Shown piece after piece: positions 45,606-55,226 of a stretch of 64,000 bases of DNA. The DNA is from Terriglobales bacterium (GTDB lineage: Bacteria; Acidobacteriota; Terriglobia; Terriglobales; SCQP01). The translations under genes were made by a program, and so were the position numbers. The first letter of the stretch is position 1. Each line of letters opens with the position of its first letter. The stretch covers positions 69,751 to 133,750 of the forward strand of contig DATNFK010000007.1 in assembly GCA_035606395.1 (NCBI GenBank). The letters run 5' to 3'. The notes below the pieces were generated by a model. The model saw nothing but the letters and a program-made list of their open reading frames with translations. It was not told the DNA's origin and ran no database searches.

Positions 45606-46372
45606 TGCTCGCCCGCCTGCCGGATGCGTGCGGCACGGCGCCGCAGCTTGAGGTTGGTGGAATGCATGTGGGCCATCAGATTGCCCCGCGTTCGCCCGAC
45701 CCGCACCATCACGCCCGTGGACAGGAGGTTGAGCACCATTTTTTGGGCGGTGCCGGCTTTCATCCGGGTTGAGCCGGCGATGGACTCGGCGCCGGTTAGC
45801 GGTTCGATGGCGAGTTCCGCGGCGCGGGCCAGGGGCGAGTTGCGATTCGACACGATGGCCACGGTGAAACAACCCTGGCGCCGCGCCCACGCGACGGCGG
45901 CCACGGTGTAGGGTGTGCGGCCGCTGGCGGCGATGCCGACGACGCAATCGCGGGACGTGAGGCGGAGCTTGGCGAGGTCCGTGCGCCCGGCCGAGGCCGA
46001 GTCTTCGATGCCTTCCGACGAGCGCGTCAGGGCGGGTTTGCCGCCGGCAATCACGCCGACAATGCGACCGGGTGCAACACCGAACGTGGGCGGGCATTCG
46101 GAGGCGTCGAGCACCCCCAGACGTCCACTGGTGCCGGCGCCGATGTAAATAATGCGACCTCCCTGTTGGAAGCGCGCGGCCATGGCGTCAACGGCGCGCG
46201 CGATGGCCGGGACGGTGCGGGCCACGGCTTTGGCCACGGCGGCGTCCTCGCGCTGCAGGCGGCGGATCATGGCCGGAGTCGGCAGACGGTCGAGACCCAC
46301 CGTGCGCGGGTTCACCTGCTCGGTGTCGAGACGATCGAGCAAATTAAGGCGAAGGCCTTGCATGTTTGACAC
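45602..46372 (-). CDS. murQ: N-acetylmuramic acid 6-phosphate etherase
   Basis: GGRIIYIGAGTSGRLGVLDASECPPTFGV, VGIAASGRTPY, and GSTRMKAGTAQKMVLNLLST. At 256 aa it is shorter at the C-terminus than E. coli MurQ. Confidence 0.9.
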   Translation of the reverse strand: MSNMQGLRLNLLDRLDTEQVNPRTVGLDRLPTPAMIRRLQREDAAVAKAVARTVPAIARAVDAMAARFQQGGRIIYIGAGTSGRLGVLDASECPPTFGVAPGRIVGVIAGGKPALTRSSEGIEDSASAGRTDLAKLRLTSRDCVVGIAASGRTPYTVAAVAWARRQGCFTVAIVSNRNSPLARAAELAIEPLTGAESIAGSTRMKAGTAQKMVLNLLSTGVMVRVGRTRGNLMAHMHSTNLKLRRRAARIRQAGEQ

Positions 46373-46407
46373 TCTAGCCAGTTCCGTCTACAACTAGCAA
46401 CTACAAC

Positions 46408-48813
46408 ATGCAATTCCGCCGTTTTGCACTTTTGGCCCTCCTATTGGGAATTTCCGCCTGGGCAATTGGCGCCCGGTCTCGGACACCACCCGCGAAAACC
46501 GCGGCGCCAGCACTCAACTGGTCGCGGCTCGACGCGATCGTATTGCATTCACTCGCCGCGGGCGAGATGCCGGGTGCCGTAGTCGTCGTCGGTCATGAGG
46601 ACAAGGTGGTTTACCGCAAAGCGTTCGGCGACCGGGCTCTGTTGCCGCACCCGGAGAAGATGACGCTCGACACTATTTTCGACTGTGCTTCGCTGACCAA
46701 AGTGGTGGCGGTCACGCCGTCGATCATGCAGTTGCTTGAGCAGGGGCGCTTCCGGCTCAACGACCCGGTGGCCAAGTACCTGCCCCAGTTCGCGCGCAAC
46801 GGCAAGGACCAAGTGACGATCCGAGAGTTGCTGACGCATTACTCCGGACTGCCGCCGGACATTCCGCAGAGGCCTTCATGGTTTGGCTATGATACCGGCA
46901 TTGAGAAGGCATACTCGACCGTGCTTGCCTATCCGCCAGGCTCGCATTTCGAGTACAGCGATATTAATTTTGTGGTGTTGGCCGAACTGGTACGCAAGTT
47001 AACCGGCGAAAGGATTGACCAGTACGCGCTCACGCACGTGTGGGAGCCGCTGGGCATGAGCCACACCCGCTATCTCCCCCCGGCATCGTGGCGGCCCAAG
47101 ATCGCTCCGACGGAAAAAGACGACCGCGGCCATTTTGAGCGCGGCGTGGTGAACGACCCCACGGCGGAGTCGATGGGCGGTGTGACCGGCGATGCGGGCG
47201 CGTTTTCAACCGCAGACGACTTGGCCAAGTACGCGCAGGCGCTATTGAACGGCGGCAAGGGCGACAACGGCGCCCGCATCCTGACCGGCCTCAGCGTGGC
47301 CAAGATGTCGACCCCAGCCTCGCCCTACAACGTGCCAGAGGTGCGGGGATTGGGTTGGGATCTGGATACTCCGTTTTCAAGTAACCGCGGCGAATATCTG
47401 CCCCTGGGCTCGTTCGGGCACACCGGATTCACCGGTACATCAATGTGGATTGATCCCGCGTCGGCGACCTACATCATCATCATGTCGAACGCCATCCACC
47501 CCATGCAGAAGCCGCCGCTACACTCGATTTTGGCGCTGCGTTCGGATATTGCCACGGCGGTCGCCTCGATTCTCAGTCTCAACAACGGCAATGAGTGGGG
47601 ACAGGTGGAGACGGGCCTCGAGCGCATTACCGGCTACGCCGACGCGTCCGCCGGCGCCCATCGCACCATCTATCGCAACGGGGAAGTGGAGACCGGGCTC
47701 GACGTTCTCGCCGGGCGCCACTTCGATTTATTGCAGGGCAAGCGCGTGGGGCTTATTACCAACCCAACCGGCGTGGACCGCGAGGGAAATCGAAACATCG
47801 ACGACATGATAGCCGACGGCATTCATGTGACAGCCGGATTCAGCCCCGAGCACGGCTGGCTGGGCGCTGTGGATACCGCAACCGGCAATGGCCGCGACGA
47901 GAAGACCGGGGTGCCAATTTTCAGCGCCTACGGCGGCTCCACGGCGGCCAATGCGCTGCCGGCGGCGGGTCTCGCTCTGGTGGACACGCTGGTGTACGAC
48001 ATTCAAGATGCGGGCGTACGCTTTTACACCTACGAGACGACGCTCGCCTACACCTTGCAAGCGGCCGCGGCGCGGCACCTGCCGGTGATAGTGCTCGACC
48101 GGCCCGACCCGATTGACGGGATTAACGTCAGTGGGCCGCCGTTGGCCGCGGAGGAAAAAAGTTTTGTCGGCTATTTTCCCGGCATGCCGATTCGCAATGG
48201 CATGACGGTGGGGGAATTGGCGCGGCTTTTCAACCAGTCGATCGGCGCCAACTTGGTCGTGGTGCCGATGAGCGGATGGTCACGCGGCGATTACTTCGAC
48301 GAGACCGGCCTGCCCTGGGTTGCGCCCTCACCCAACCTGCGCGATCTTGTGGAAGCCGAGCTCTATCCTGGCGTCGGCATGATCGAATATACAAATGTGA
48401 GTGTGGGCCGCGGTACGGATACGCCGTTTGAAGTGATGGGCGCGCCTTGGATCAACGCAACGCAGTTCGCCGGCTATCTGAACGCGCGCCGGCTGCCAGG
48501 CGTGCGCTTCGTGCCAATTCGTTTCACCCCGACCGCTGATAAATATCACGGGCAACTCTGCCAGGGTGTGAACATGATCGTTACCAATCGCGACCAATTG
48601 GACTCGCCGGAATTGGGCGTTGAACTGGCAAGCGCGCTGGCGCAGCTTTATCCGCAGGCGTGGGACTCAAGTGATGTGCACCCCTTGGGCGGCTCCCGCG
48701 CCCTGGTGGACAGCATCCGTTCAGGCGAAGACCCGCGGCGCATTGCGGCTGATTGGCCTGAGCAAAATGCCGCCTTCGAGGCCCTCCGCCAAGCCGTATT
48801 GCTCTACCATTAA
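46408..48813 (+). CDS. Secreted fusion protein: N-terminal serine beta-lactamase/PBP-fold hydrolase plus C-terminal DUF1343 (NamZ-type exo-beta-N-acetylmuramidase)
   Basis: Signal peptide MQFRRFALLALLLGISAWA. Beta-lactamase-fold motifs: SxxK in CASLTK, plus YSD and GHTGFTG. From about residue 400 the DUF1343 pattern appears: LQGKRVGLITNPTGVD, GFSPEHGW, VYDIQDAGVRFYTY and VLDRPDP. Confidence 0.85.
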   Translation: MQFRRFALLALLLGISAWAIGARSRTPPAKTAAPALNWSRLDAIVLHSLAAGEMPGAVVVVGHEDKVVYRKAFGDRALLPHPEKMTLDTIFDCASLTKVVAVTPSIMQLLEQGRFRLNDPVAKYLPQFARNGKDQVTIRELLTHYSGLPPDIPQRPSWFGYDTGIEKAYSTVLAYPPGSHFEYSDINFVVLAELVRKLTGERIDQYALTHVWEPLGMSHTRYLPPASWRPKIAPTEKDDRGHFERGVVNDPTAESMGGVTGDAGAFSTADDLAKYAQALLNGGKGDNGARILTGLSVAKMSTPASPYNVPEVRGLGWDLDTPFSSNRGEYLPLGSFGHTGFTGTSMWIDPASATYIIIMSNAIHPMQKPPLHSILALRSDIATAVASILSLNNGNEWGQVETGLERITGYADASAGAHRTIYRNGEVETGLDVLAGRHFDLLQGKRVGLITNPTGVDREGNRNIDDMIADGIHVTAGFSPEHGWLGAVDTATGNGRDEKTGVPIFSAYGGSTAANALPAAGLALVDTLVYDIQDAGVRFYTYETTLAYTLQAAAARHLPVIVLDRPDPIDGINVSGPPLAAEEKSFVGYFPGMPIRNGMTVGELARLFNQSIGANLVVVPMSGWSRGDYFDETGLPWVAPSPNLRDLVEAELYPGVGMIEYTNVSVGRGTDTPFEVMGAPWINATQFAGYLNARRLPGVRFVPIRFTPTADKYHGQLCQGVNMIVTNRDQLDSPELGVELASALAQLYPQAWDSSDVHPLGGSRALVDSIRSGEDPRRIAADWPEQNAAFEALRQAVLLYH

Positions 48814-48921
48814 CCTGCCCCCGAACCCAGCTTCCCTGGCGACTTGAGCGCTGCGCGTCGAGCGCGCCATGAATCTTGACTTTTTAGTACAGATTTGTCA
48901 GGCTAAAGGTTAGGGGAAACC

Positions 48922-50370
48922 ATGAGCACCCAAGCCCAGGAATTAGAAGCTCTCGCCAACCAGGACTACCAGTACGGCTTCGTCAGCGCCATCGACGCCG
49001 ATACCATTCCGCGCGGGCTCAATGAAGACATTGTGCGCATGATTTCGGCCAAGAAGGCGGAGCCCGAATTCATGCTCGAGTGGCGCCTGAAGGCGTACCG
49101 GCAATGGCTCAAAATGGCCGAGCCGAAGTGGCAGAACGTGCATTATCCGGCGATCGATTACCAGGACATCATTTATTATTCGGCGCCGCGGACCTCCTCG
49201 GATGGCCCCAAGAGTCTCGATGAAGTTGACCCCGAATTGCTTGCCGTGTACGAGAAGCTCGGGGTGCCGCTCCAGGAACGCGGCATTCTGGCAGGCGTTG
49301 CGGTGGACGCCATCTTCGACAGCGTATCGGTCGCCACAACGTTCCGCGCCAAGCTGGCGGAAGAGGGGGTAATTTTCTGCTCCTTCTCCGAGGCGGTGCA
49401 CAACCACCCCGAGTTGGTGGAAAAGTATTTGGGCTCGGTCGTCCCTTACACCGACAACTTCTTCGCCACCTTAAACTCTGCGGTGTTCAGTGACGGCTCG
49501 TTCTGTTACATCCCCAAGGGCGTTCGCTGCCCGATGGAGCTGTCGAGCTACTTCCGTATTAACAGCAACGACAGCGGTCAGTTCGAGCGCACGCTGATCA
49601 TCGCCGAAGAGGGCGCCTCGGTCAGCTATCTCGAGGGCTGCACCGCGCCCAAGCGGGACAAGAACCAGTTGCACGCGGCGGTGGTCGAGCTGGTCGCGCT
49701 CGATCGGGCGACGATCAAGTATTCGACGGTGCAGAACTGGTATCCCGGCGACAAGGAAGGCCGGGGCGGTATTTACAACTTCGTGACCAAGCGGGGCAAG
49801 TGCCTGGGGCATCACTCGAAGATTTCCTGGACCCAGGTCGAGACCGGCTCCTCGATCACCTGGAAATATCCGAGCTGCATTCTGCAGGGCGACGATTCGG
49901 TGGGCGAGTTTTATTCGGTGGCGCTGACCAAGAACCGGCAGCAGGCCGACACCGGGACCAAGATGATTCATTTGGGCAAGCGCACGCGCAGCACCATTGT
50001 GTCGAAGGGCATTTCCGCCGGCCACGGCCAGAACACCTACCGCGGCGCGGTGCGCATGCTGGCGGGCGCCGAGGGCGCGCGCAACTACTCGCAATGCGAC
50101 TCGCTGCTGATCGGCGATCAGTGCGGTGCGCATACGTTTCCGATTCTCGAGGTCAAGAACCCCTCGGCCCAGGTCGAGCACGAGGCGTCGACCTCGCGCA
50201 TTGGCGAGGATCAGCTCTTTTATTGCCGCCAGCGCGGCATTTCGACCGAAGACGCGGTGTCCATGATCGTCAATGGTTTCTGTAAGGAAGTGTTTCGGGA
50301 ATTGCCCATGGAATTCGCCGTCGAGGCGCAAAAGCTTTTGGGTATAAGTCTTGAAGGCAGCGTAGGTTAA
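48922..50370 (+). CDS. sufB: Fe-S cluster assembly scaffold protein SufB
   Basis: 482 aa, including [23 protein letters not shown], and [16 protein letters not shown]...[15 protein letters not shown]. Confidence 0.96.
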   Translation: MSTQAQELEALANQDYQYGFVSAIDADTIPRGLNEDIVRMISAKKAEPEFMLEWRLKAYRQWLKMAEPKWQNVHYPAIDYQDIIYYSAPRTSSDGPKSLDEVDPELLAVYEKLGVPLQERGILAGVAVDAIFDSVSVATTFRAKLAEEGVIFCSFSEAVHNHPELVEKYLGSVVPYTDNFFATLNSAVFSDGSFCYIPKGVRCPMELSSYFRINSNDSGQFERTLIIAEEGASVSYLEGCTAPKRDKNQLHAAVVELVALDRATIKYSTVQNWYPGDKEGRGGIYNFVTKRGKCLGHHSKISWTQVETGSSITWKYPSCILQGDDSVGEFYSVALTKNRQQADTGTKMIHLGKRTRSTIVSKGISAGHGQNTYRGAVRMLAGAEGARNYSQCDSLLIGDQCGAHTFPILEVKNPSAQVEHEASTSRIGEDQLFYCRQRGISTEDAVSMIVNGFCKEVFRELPMEFAVEAQKLLGISLEGSVG

Positions 50371-50375
50371 GGGAA

Positions 50376-51139
<764 letters not shown>

Positions 51140-51146
<7 letters not shown>

Positions 51147-52468
51147 CGCTGAAGGACTCAACCACCGGCGTCTTCGCCAGCTACATGGCCCGCTTCAGCG
51201 GCCTCGATCCGCGCAATGCATGGCTGCACGCACTGCGGCAGCAGTCCTTTGACCGCTTCTCGGAGATGGGCTTTCCCCACCACAAGCAAGAGGGGTGGCG
51301 GCAGACCAACATTACCGCGATCGCGCAGAGCGTGTTCGAGCCGCGCAGCGCGCCTCCTCCGGCGCAGTTGGTGCCGCGCCTGCGTTCGATGGATTTACCG
51401 GGAGTGGACTGGAGCCCAACGGCGCTGCGGCTGGTTTTTATAAATGGCTCATTTGCGCCCGGGTTATCAGCGCTGGATCTTCCGCCAGGATGCCGCATTT
51501 CGCCGCTCGCGCCGCTTCTTGCCTCCGAGGATGCCGCGGTCGTTGCCCACGCCGAATACGCCGATGAGCGCGAACAAGCATTTGTCGCTCTCAACACGGC
51601 CTTCCTCGCCGACGGCGCGCTGATCGAGATCCCCGACGGGGTTGAGTTGACAGCGCCGATTTCGATTTTGTATTTGACCACCGGATCGAAAGAGGAAAAA
51701 GGAATTTCCCATCCTCGGACGATCATTCTCGCCGGGCGCGCCAGCGCAGTGAGCGTGGTAGAGACGGTGGCTGGATTCGCGGGGGATGTGTATTTGTCGA
51801 ACTCGGTGACGTCAATTGACGCCGGCGACGACGCGCGAGTCGAGTACGTTCGCCTGCAGCAGGACAGCCAGGCCGCCTTCCACGTCTCGAAATTGCGCAC
51901 CCGCCAGGGACGCAACAGCCACGTCGTCGCGCACAACATTGCTCTGGGCGGCGGGCTGGTCAGGAACAACGTGCACTCGATTCTTGACGGCGAGGGCGCC
52001 GAATGCACCCTCAACGGGCTGTATGCGCTCGACGCCAAGCAGCACGTGGACAACTCGACCATCCTCGACCACGCCCAGCCGCTGTGCACCAGCCGCGAAT
52101 ACTACAAGGGTGTGCTCGACGGCCAATCGGTGGGCGTTTTCAACGGTCGCATCATCGTGCGTCAGGATGCGCAGCACACCGACGCCATACAGAGCAACAA
52201 GAACCTGCTGCTGTCAGGCTCGGCCGCGACCATCAGCAGCCAGCCGCAACTTGAGATTTACGCCGATGACGTGCGCTGCACCCACGGCGCCACGGTCGGG
52301 CAGTTGGACGCGGAAGCGTTGTTTTACCTGCGCTCGCGCGGCCTGGGGCTGGATGAGAGCCGGAAGCTCTTGATCTACGCCTTTGCCGCCGACGTGCTCG
52401 GGAGAGTGCAAGTGCCTGGTCTGCGCGAGGCGCTCGAAGGCGTGCTCTGGCAGAAGTGGGCCGAATAG
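51140..52468 (+). CDS. sufD: Fe-S cluster assembly protein SufD
   Basis: SufB/D beta-helix C-terminus: NKNLLLSGSAATISSQPQLEIYADDVRCTHGATVGQLD. It overlaps sufC by 7 nt. Confidence 0.93.
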
Positions 52469-52480
52469 CTGGGGAACATC

Positions 52481-53743
52481 ATGGCGATCGCATCATCCGA
52501 AATCGGAACCGCGGATATCGAAACCGCCGCCTACGACGTGGAGCGGGTGCGAGAGGATTTCCCGCTGCTGCGGCAGACGATTGACGGCCAGCCGCTGGCG
52601 TACCTCGATAACGCGGCCACGACGCAGAAGCCGCAGCCGGTGATTGACGCGCTCATGCGTTTCTACACCGAGGATTGCTCGAACATTCACCGTTCCGTAC
52701 ACCGGCTTGGTGAGCGCGCGACCGAGCAGTATGAGGCGGCGCGCGGCAAGGTACGGAAGTTCTTGAACGCGGCGAGCGAACGGGAGATCGTTTTCGTTCG
52801 CGGCACGACGGAAGCCATCAATCTCGTTGCGCAGTCGTTTCGTTCGCTGCTTGCGGCGGGCGACGAGGTGTTGATCACCGGGCTCGAGCACCACTCGAAC
52901 ATCGTCCCCTGGCAGCTTGCCTGTGAGGCGACGGGCGCCAAGCTTAAAGTCGCACCCCTCAACGAGCGGGGCGAGGTGGATCTCGACGCCTACCGCCGGC
53001 TGCTTAACCCGCGAACCAGGATCACCGCCTTCGCTCACATTTCGAACGCGCTGGGCACGGTGAATCCGATCGCGGAGATGATCCGCGCCGCGCACGCCCA
53101 GGGGGTACCGGTGCTGGTGGATGGCGCCCAGGCGGCGCCGCATCTGGCGCTCGATGTGCGCGCGCTCGATTGCGAGTTTTACGCCATCTCAGGACATAAA
53201 ATGTACGGTCCCACCGGCATTGGCGCGCTGTACGGCAAACAAGAGTGGCTCGAGCGGCTGCCGCCCTGGCAGGGCGGCGGGGATATGATCCGCTCGGTGA
53301 CATTTGAGAAGACGACGTACAACGAGTTGCCGTACAAGTTCGAGGCGGGTACGCCCAACATCGCCGGCACGATTGGCCTGGGAGCCGCGTGTGATTACCT
53401 GCAAGCGCTAGGCCGCGACCGCATCGCTCGTTACGAACATACGCTGCTTGCCTACGGCACTGAACTGCTGGCTGCCGTACCGGGCCTGCGCATGGTGGGC
53501 ACGGCGGCGGAGAAGGCGGGCGTGCTGTCGTTCACCATGAATGGCGTTCACCCTCATGACGTTGGCACGGTGCTGGACTCGCTCGGCGTGGCGGTGCGCG
53601 CCGGCCATCATTGCGCCCAGCCGGTCATGGACCGCTTCGAGATACCCGCAACGACGCGCGCTTCGCTGGGGCTCTACAACACGCGGGCCGAGCTTGACCG
53701 CCTGGCGGCTGGATTGCGGCGGGTTGAGGAGATGTTCCGCTAA
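52481..53743 (+). CDS. sufS: Cysteine desulfurase SufS (group II)
   Basis: YLDNAATTQKP, FYAISGHKMYGPTGIG (PLP Lys), and RAGHHCAQP (active-site Cys). Confidence 0.95.
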   Translation: MAIASSEIGTADIETAAYDVERVREDFPLLRQTIDGQPLAYLDNAATTQKPQPVIDALMRFYTEDCSNIHRSVHRLGERATEQYEAARGKVRKFLNAASEREIVFVRGTTEAINLVAQSFRSLLAAGDEVLITGLEHHSNIVPWQLACEATGAKLKVAPLNERGEVDLDAYRRLLNPRTRITAFAHISNALGTVNPIAEMIRAAHAQGVPVLVDGAQAAPHLALDVRALDCEFYAISGHKMYGPTGIGALYGKQEWLERLPPWQGGGDMIRSVTFEKTTYNELPYKFEAGTPNIAGTIGLGAACDYLQALGRDRIARYEHTLLAYGTELLAAVPGLRMVGTAAEKAGVLSFTMNGVHPHDVGTVLDSLGVAVRAGHHCAQPVMDRFEIPATTRASLGLYNTRAELDRLAAGLRRVEEMFR

Positions 53744-54195
53744 TGTCGCAATTGGGCGATTTATACCAGGAGTTGATCCTCGACCACAGCAAGCGGCCGC
53801 GCAACTTCGGCCGGCTCGCTGGAGCGAATCGCATGGCGGAGGGCTTCAACCGGATGTGCGGCGACAAAGTGACCATCTATGTCGAGCTCGAAGGCGACAT
53901 CGTGAAGGATGTGCGCTTCGAGGGTTCCGGCTGCGCCATTTCCACCGCCTCCGCGTCGCTGCTGACGGGCGCGGTCAAAGGCAAGACGCGTGCCGAAGCG
54001 GAAACGTTATTTGAGAATTTTCACAACCTGGTTACCGGGGCGCCGACGCCTGGAATAGACTTCGGCAAGTTAGGGGTCTTCGCCGGGGTAAGCGAGTACC
54101 CGGCGCGGGTAAAGTGCGCCAGTCTTGCCTGGCACACGCTGCATTCGGCGCTGACTGCCGAGGCGACGGAGCCAGAGCCGGTGAGCACGGAGTAG
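53743..54195 (+). CDS. sufU: SufU-type sulfur-transfer/scaffold protein
   Basis: NRMCGDKVTIYV, FEGSGCAISTASAS, and RVKCASLAWHTL. TAATG overlap with sufS. Confidence 0.9.
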   Translation: MSQLGDLYQELILDHSKRPRNFGRLAGANRMAEGFNRMCGDKVTIYVELEGDIVKDVRFEGSGCAISTASASLLTGAVKGKTRAEAETLFENFHNLVTGAPTPGIDFGKLGVFAGVSEYPARVKCASLAWHTLHSALTAEATEPEPVSTE

Positions 54196-54199
54196 GACC

Positions 54200-54718
54200 A
54201 TGGACGATTTCTTATTGCGCGAAGCAGAGCATAAAGAGACGGTGGCCGCCGAACTGGAGAAGCTCTCGGAACCGGCGGTGCTGGCCGAAGCCGCGCGCCA
54301 GCGCGCCGCCGCCGCCGAGTTGCGCAAAGAGTGGGAACTGCGGCAGAAGCCCAAGCCGGAACCGGCCGCGGCCGCCGCCGCCCCGGAAGAGATCATTGAA
54401 TCACCGGAAGACGCCATTCTCCGCGAGTACATCGTGGACGTCATCAAGAGTTGCTACGACCCCGAAATCCCTGTGAACGTTTACGACCTTGGCCTCATCT
54501 ATAAAATCGGCATTGCGCCGGAAGGCAAGATCGAAGTGGATATGACGCTAACCGCGCCGGGGTGTCCGGCGGCGGGCATTTTACCGGGCGAGGTGGAGCA
54601 GAAGGTGCGTTCGGTTCCGGGAGTGAGCGACGTCAAGCTGAATCTGGTTTGGGAGCCGCCCTGGGATCAGAACAAAATGTCCGCCGCCGCCCGCCTGCAA
54701 CTTGGTATCGATTGGTAG
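54200..54718 (+). CDS. sufT: Long-form SufT (DUF59/MIP18) Fe-S assembly protein
   Basis: C-terminal DUF59 domain: DVIKSCYDPEIPVNVYDLGLIY...MTLTAPGCPAAG. The N-terminal extension is charged and Ala-rich. Confidence 0.8.
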   Translation: MDDFLLREAEHKETVAAELEKLSEPAVLAEAARQRAAAAELRKEWELRQKPKPEPAAAAAAPEEIIESPEDAILREYIVDVIKSCYDPEIPVNVYDLGLIYKIGIAPEGKIEVDMTLTAPGCPAAGILPGEVEQKVRSVPGVSDVKLNLVWEPPWDQNKMSAAARLQLGIDW

Positions 54719-54724
54719 CACACC

Positions 54725-55204
54725 ATGAAATTCACCAGCCAGGAAGAATTTGGATTGCGTTGCCTGCTGCGACTGGGTAAGCAGCACGGCGAAGGCAGCC
54801 TGACCATCCCCGAAATCAGCCGTCTCGAGGGCATTTCACCCGCCTATGTCGGCAAGTTGATGCGGGTGCTGCGCACTGCCGGCTTGGTGACCAGTGTGCG
54901 CGGGCAGGCGGGCGGATACCGGCTGTCGCGGCCGCCGGAAGCGATTCCGGTGGGCGAGGCCATGGCGGTGCTGGGCGGCCGGTTGTATGAGCCGCAGTTC
55001 TGCGCCGAGCACTCAGGTGAGGAGCGGGTGTGCACCCATTCGGTGGACTGTTCACTGCGTTCGCTGTGGCGCTCGCTACAGTTAGTTCTTGACCAGGTGC
55101 TGGATCGCACCAGCCTGCGCGATCTGCTGTGCAATGAAGCGACCATGGACACGTGGGTCGATCACCTGGTCACCGTATCCGGCCTGCACTCACCTTCGGC
55201 CTGA
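54725..55204 (+). CDS. Rrf2-family transcriptional regulator (IscR/SufR-like) with candidate cluster-ligand cysteines
   Basis: MKFTSQEEFGLRCLLRLG, wHTH LVTSVRGQAGGYRLSRP, and C-x9-C-x5-C in FCAEHSGEERVCTHSVDC. Confidence 0.85.
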   Translation: MKFTSQEEFGLRCLLRLGKQHGEGSLTIPEISRLEGISPAYVGKLMRVLRTAGLVTSVRGQAGGYRLSRPPEAIPVGEAMAVLGGRLYEPQFCAEHSGEERVCTHSVDCSLRSLWRSLQLVLDQVLDRTSLRDLLCNEATMDTWVDHLVTVSGLHSPSA

Positions 55205-55226
55205 AAGCGGGACCCACCTGAAACGC

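Noticed and set aside
43198-46097. Long N-terminal extensions in track ORFs: murA 509 aa, nagA 537 aa, HAD 354 aa (55997-57061), hutH 533 aa, the response regulator 338 aa, the zf-UBP protein 247 aa, and 5438-6349 at 303 aa.
   Set aside because: The extensions are Arg/Pro-rich, overlap the neighbouring gene in another frame, and precede an internal ATG or GTG where homology begins. That internal start often forms an ATGA or GTGA overlap with the upstream stop. I trimmed each ORF to the internal start.
48846-48868. A GC hairpin (GCGCT-N8-AGCGC) after the NamZ-fusion gene, as an intrinsic terminator.
   Set aside because: The stem is only 5 bp and no T-tract follows. No other hairpin-plus-T-tract terminators were seen in the window.
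48814-48921. A sigma-70 promoter or IscR-type operator upstream of sufB. TTGACT lies at 48876-48881, and there is a GACT-TTTT-AGTA partial inverted repeat.
   Set aside because: I could not find a convincing -10 hexamer at 16-18 bp spacing. The inverted repeat is one base short of the IscR type-1 consensus as I remember it, and imperfect. This is too weak to call as a feature.
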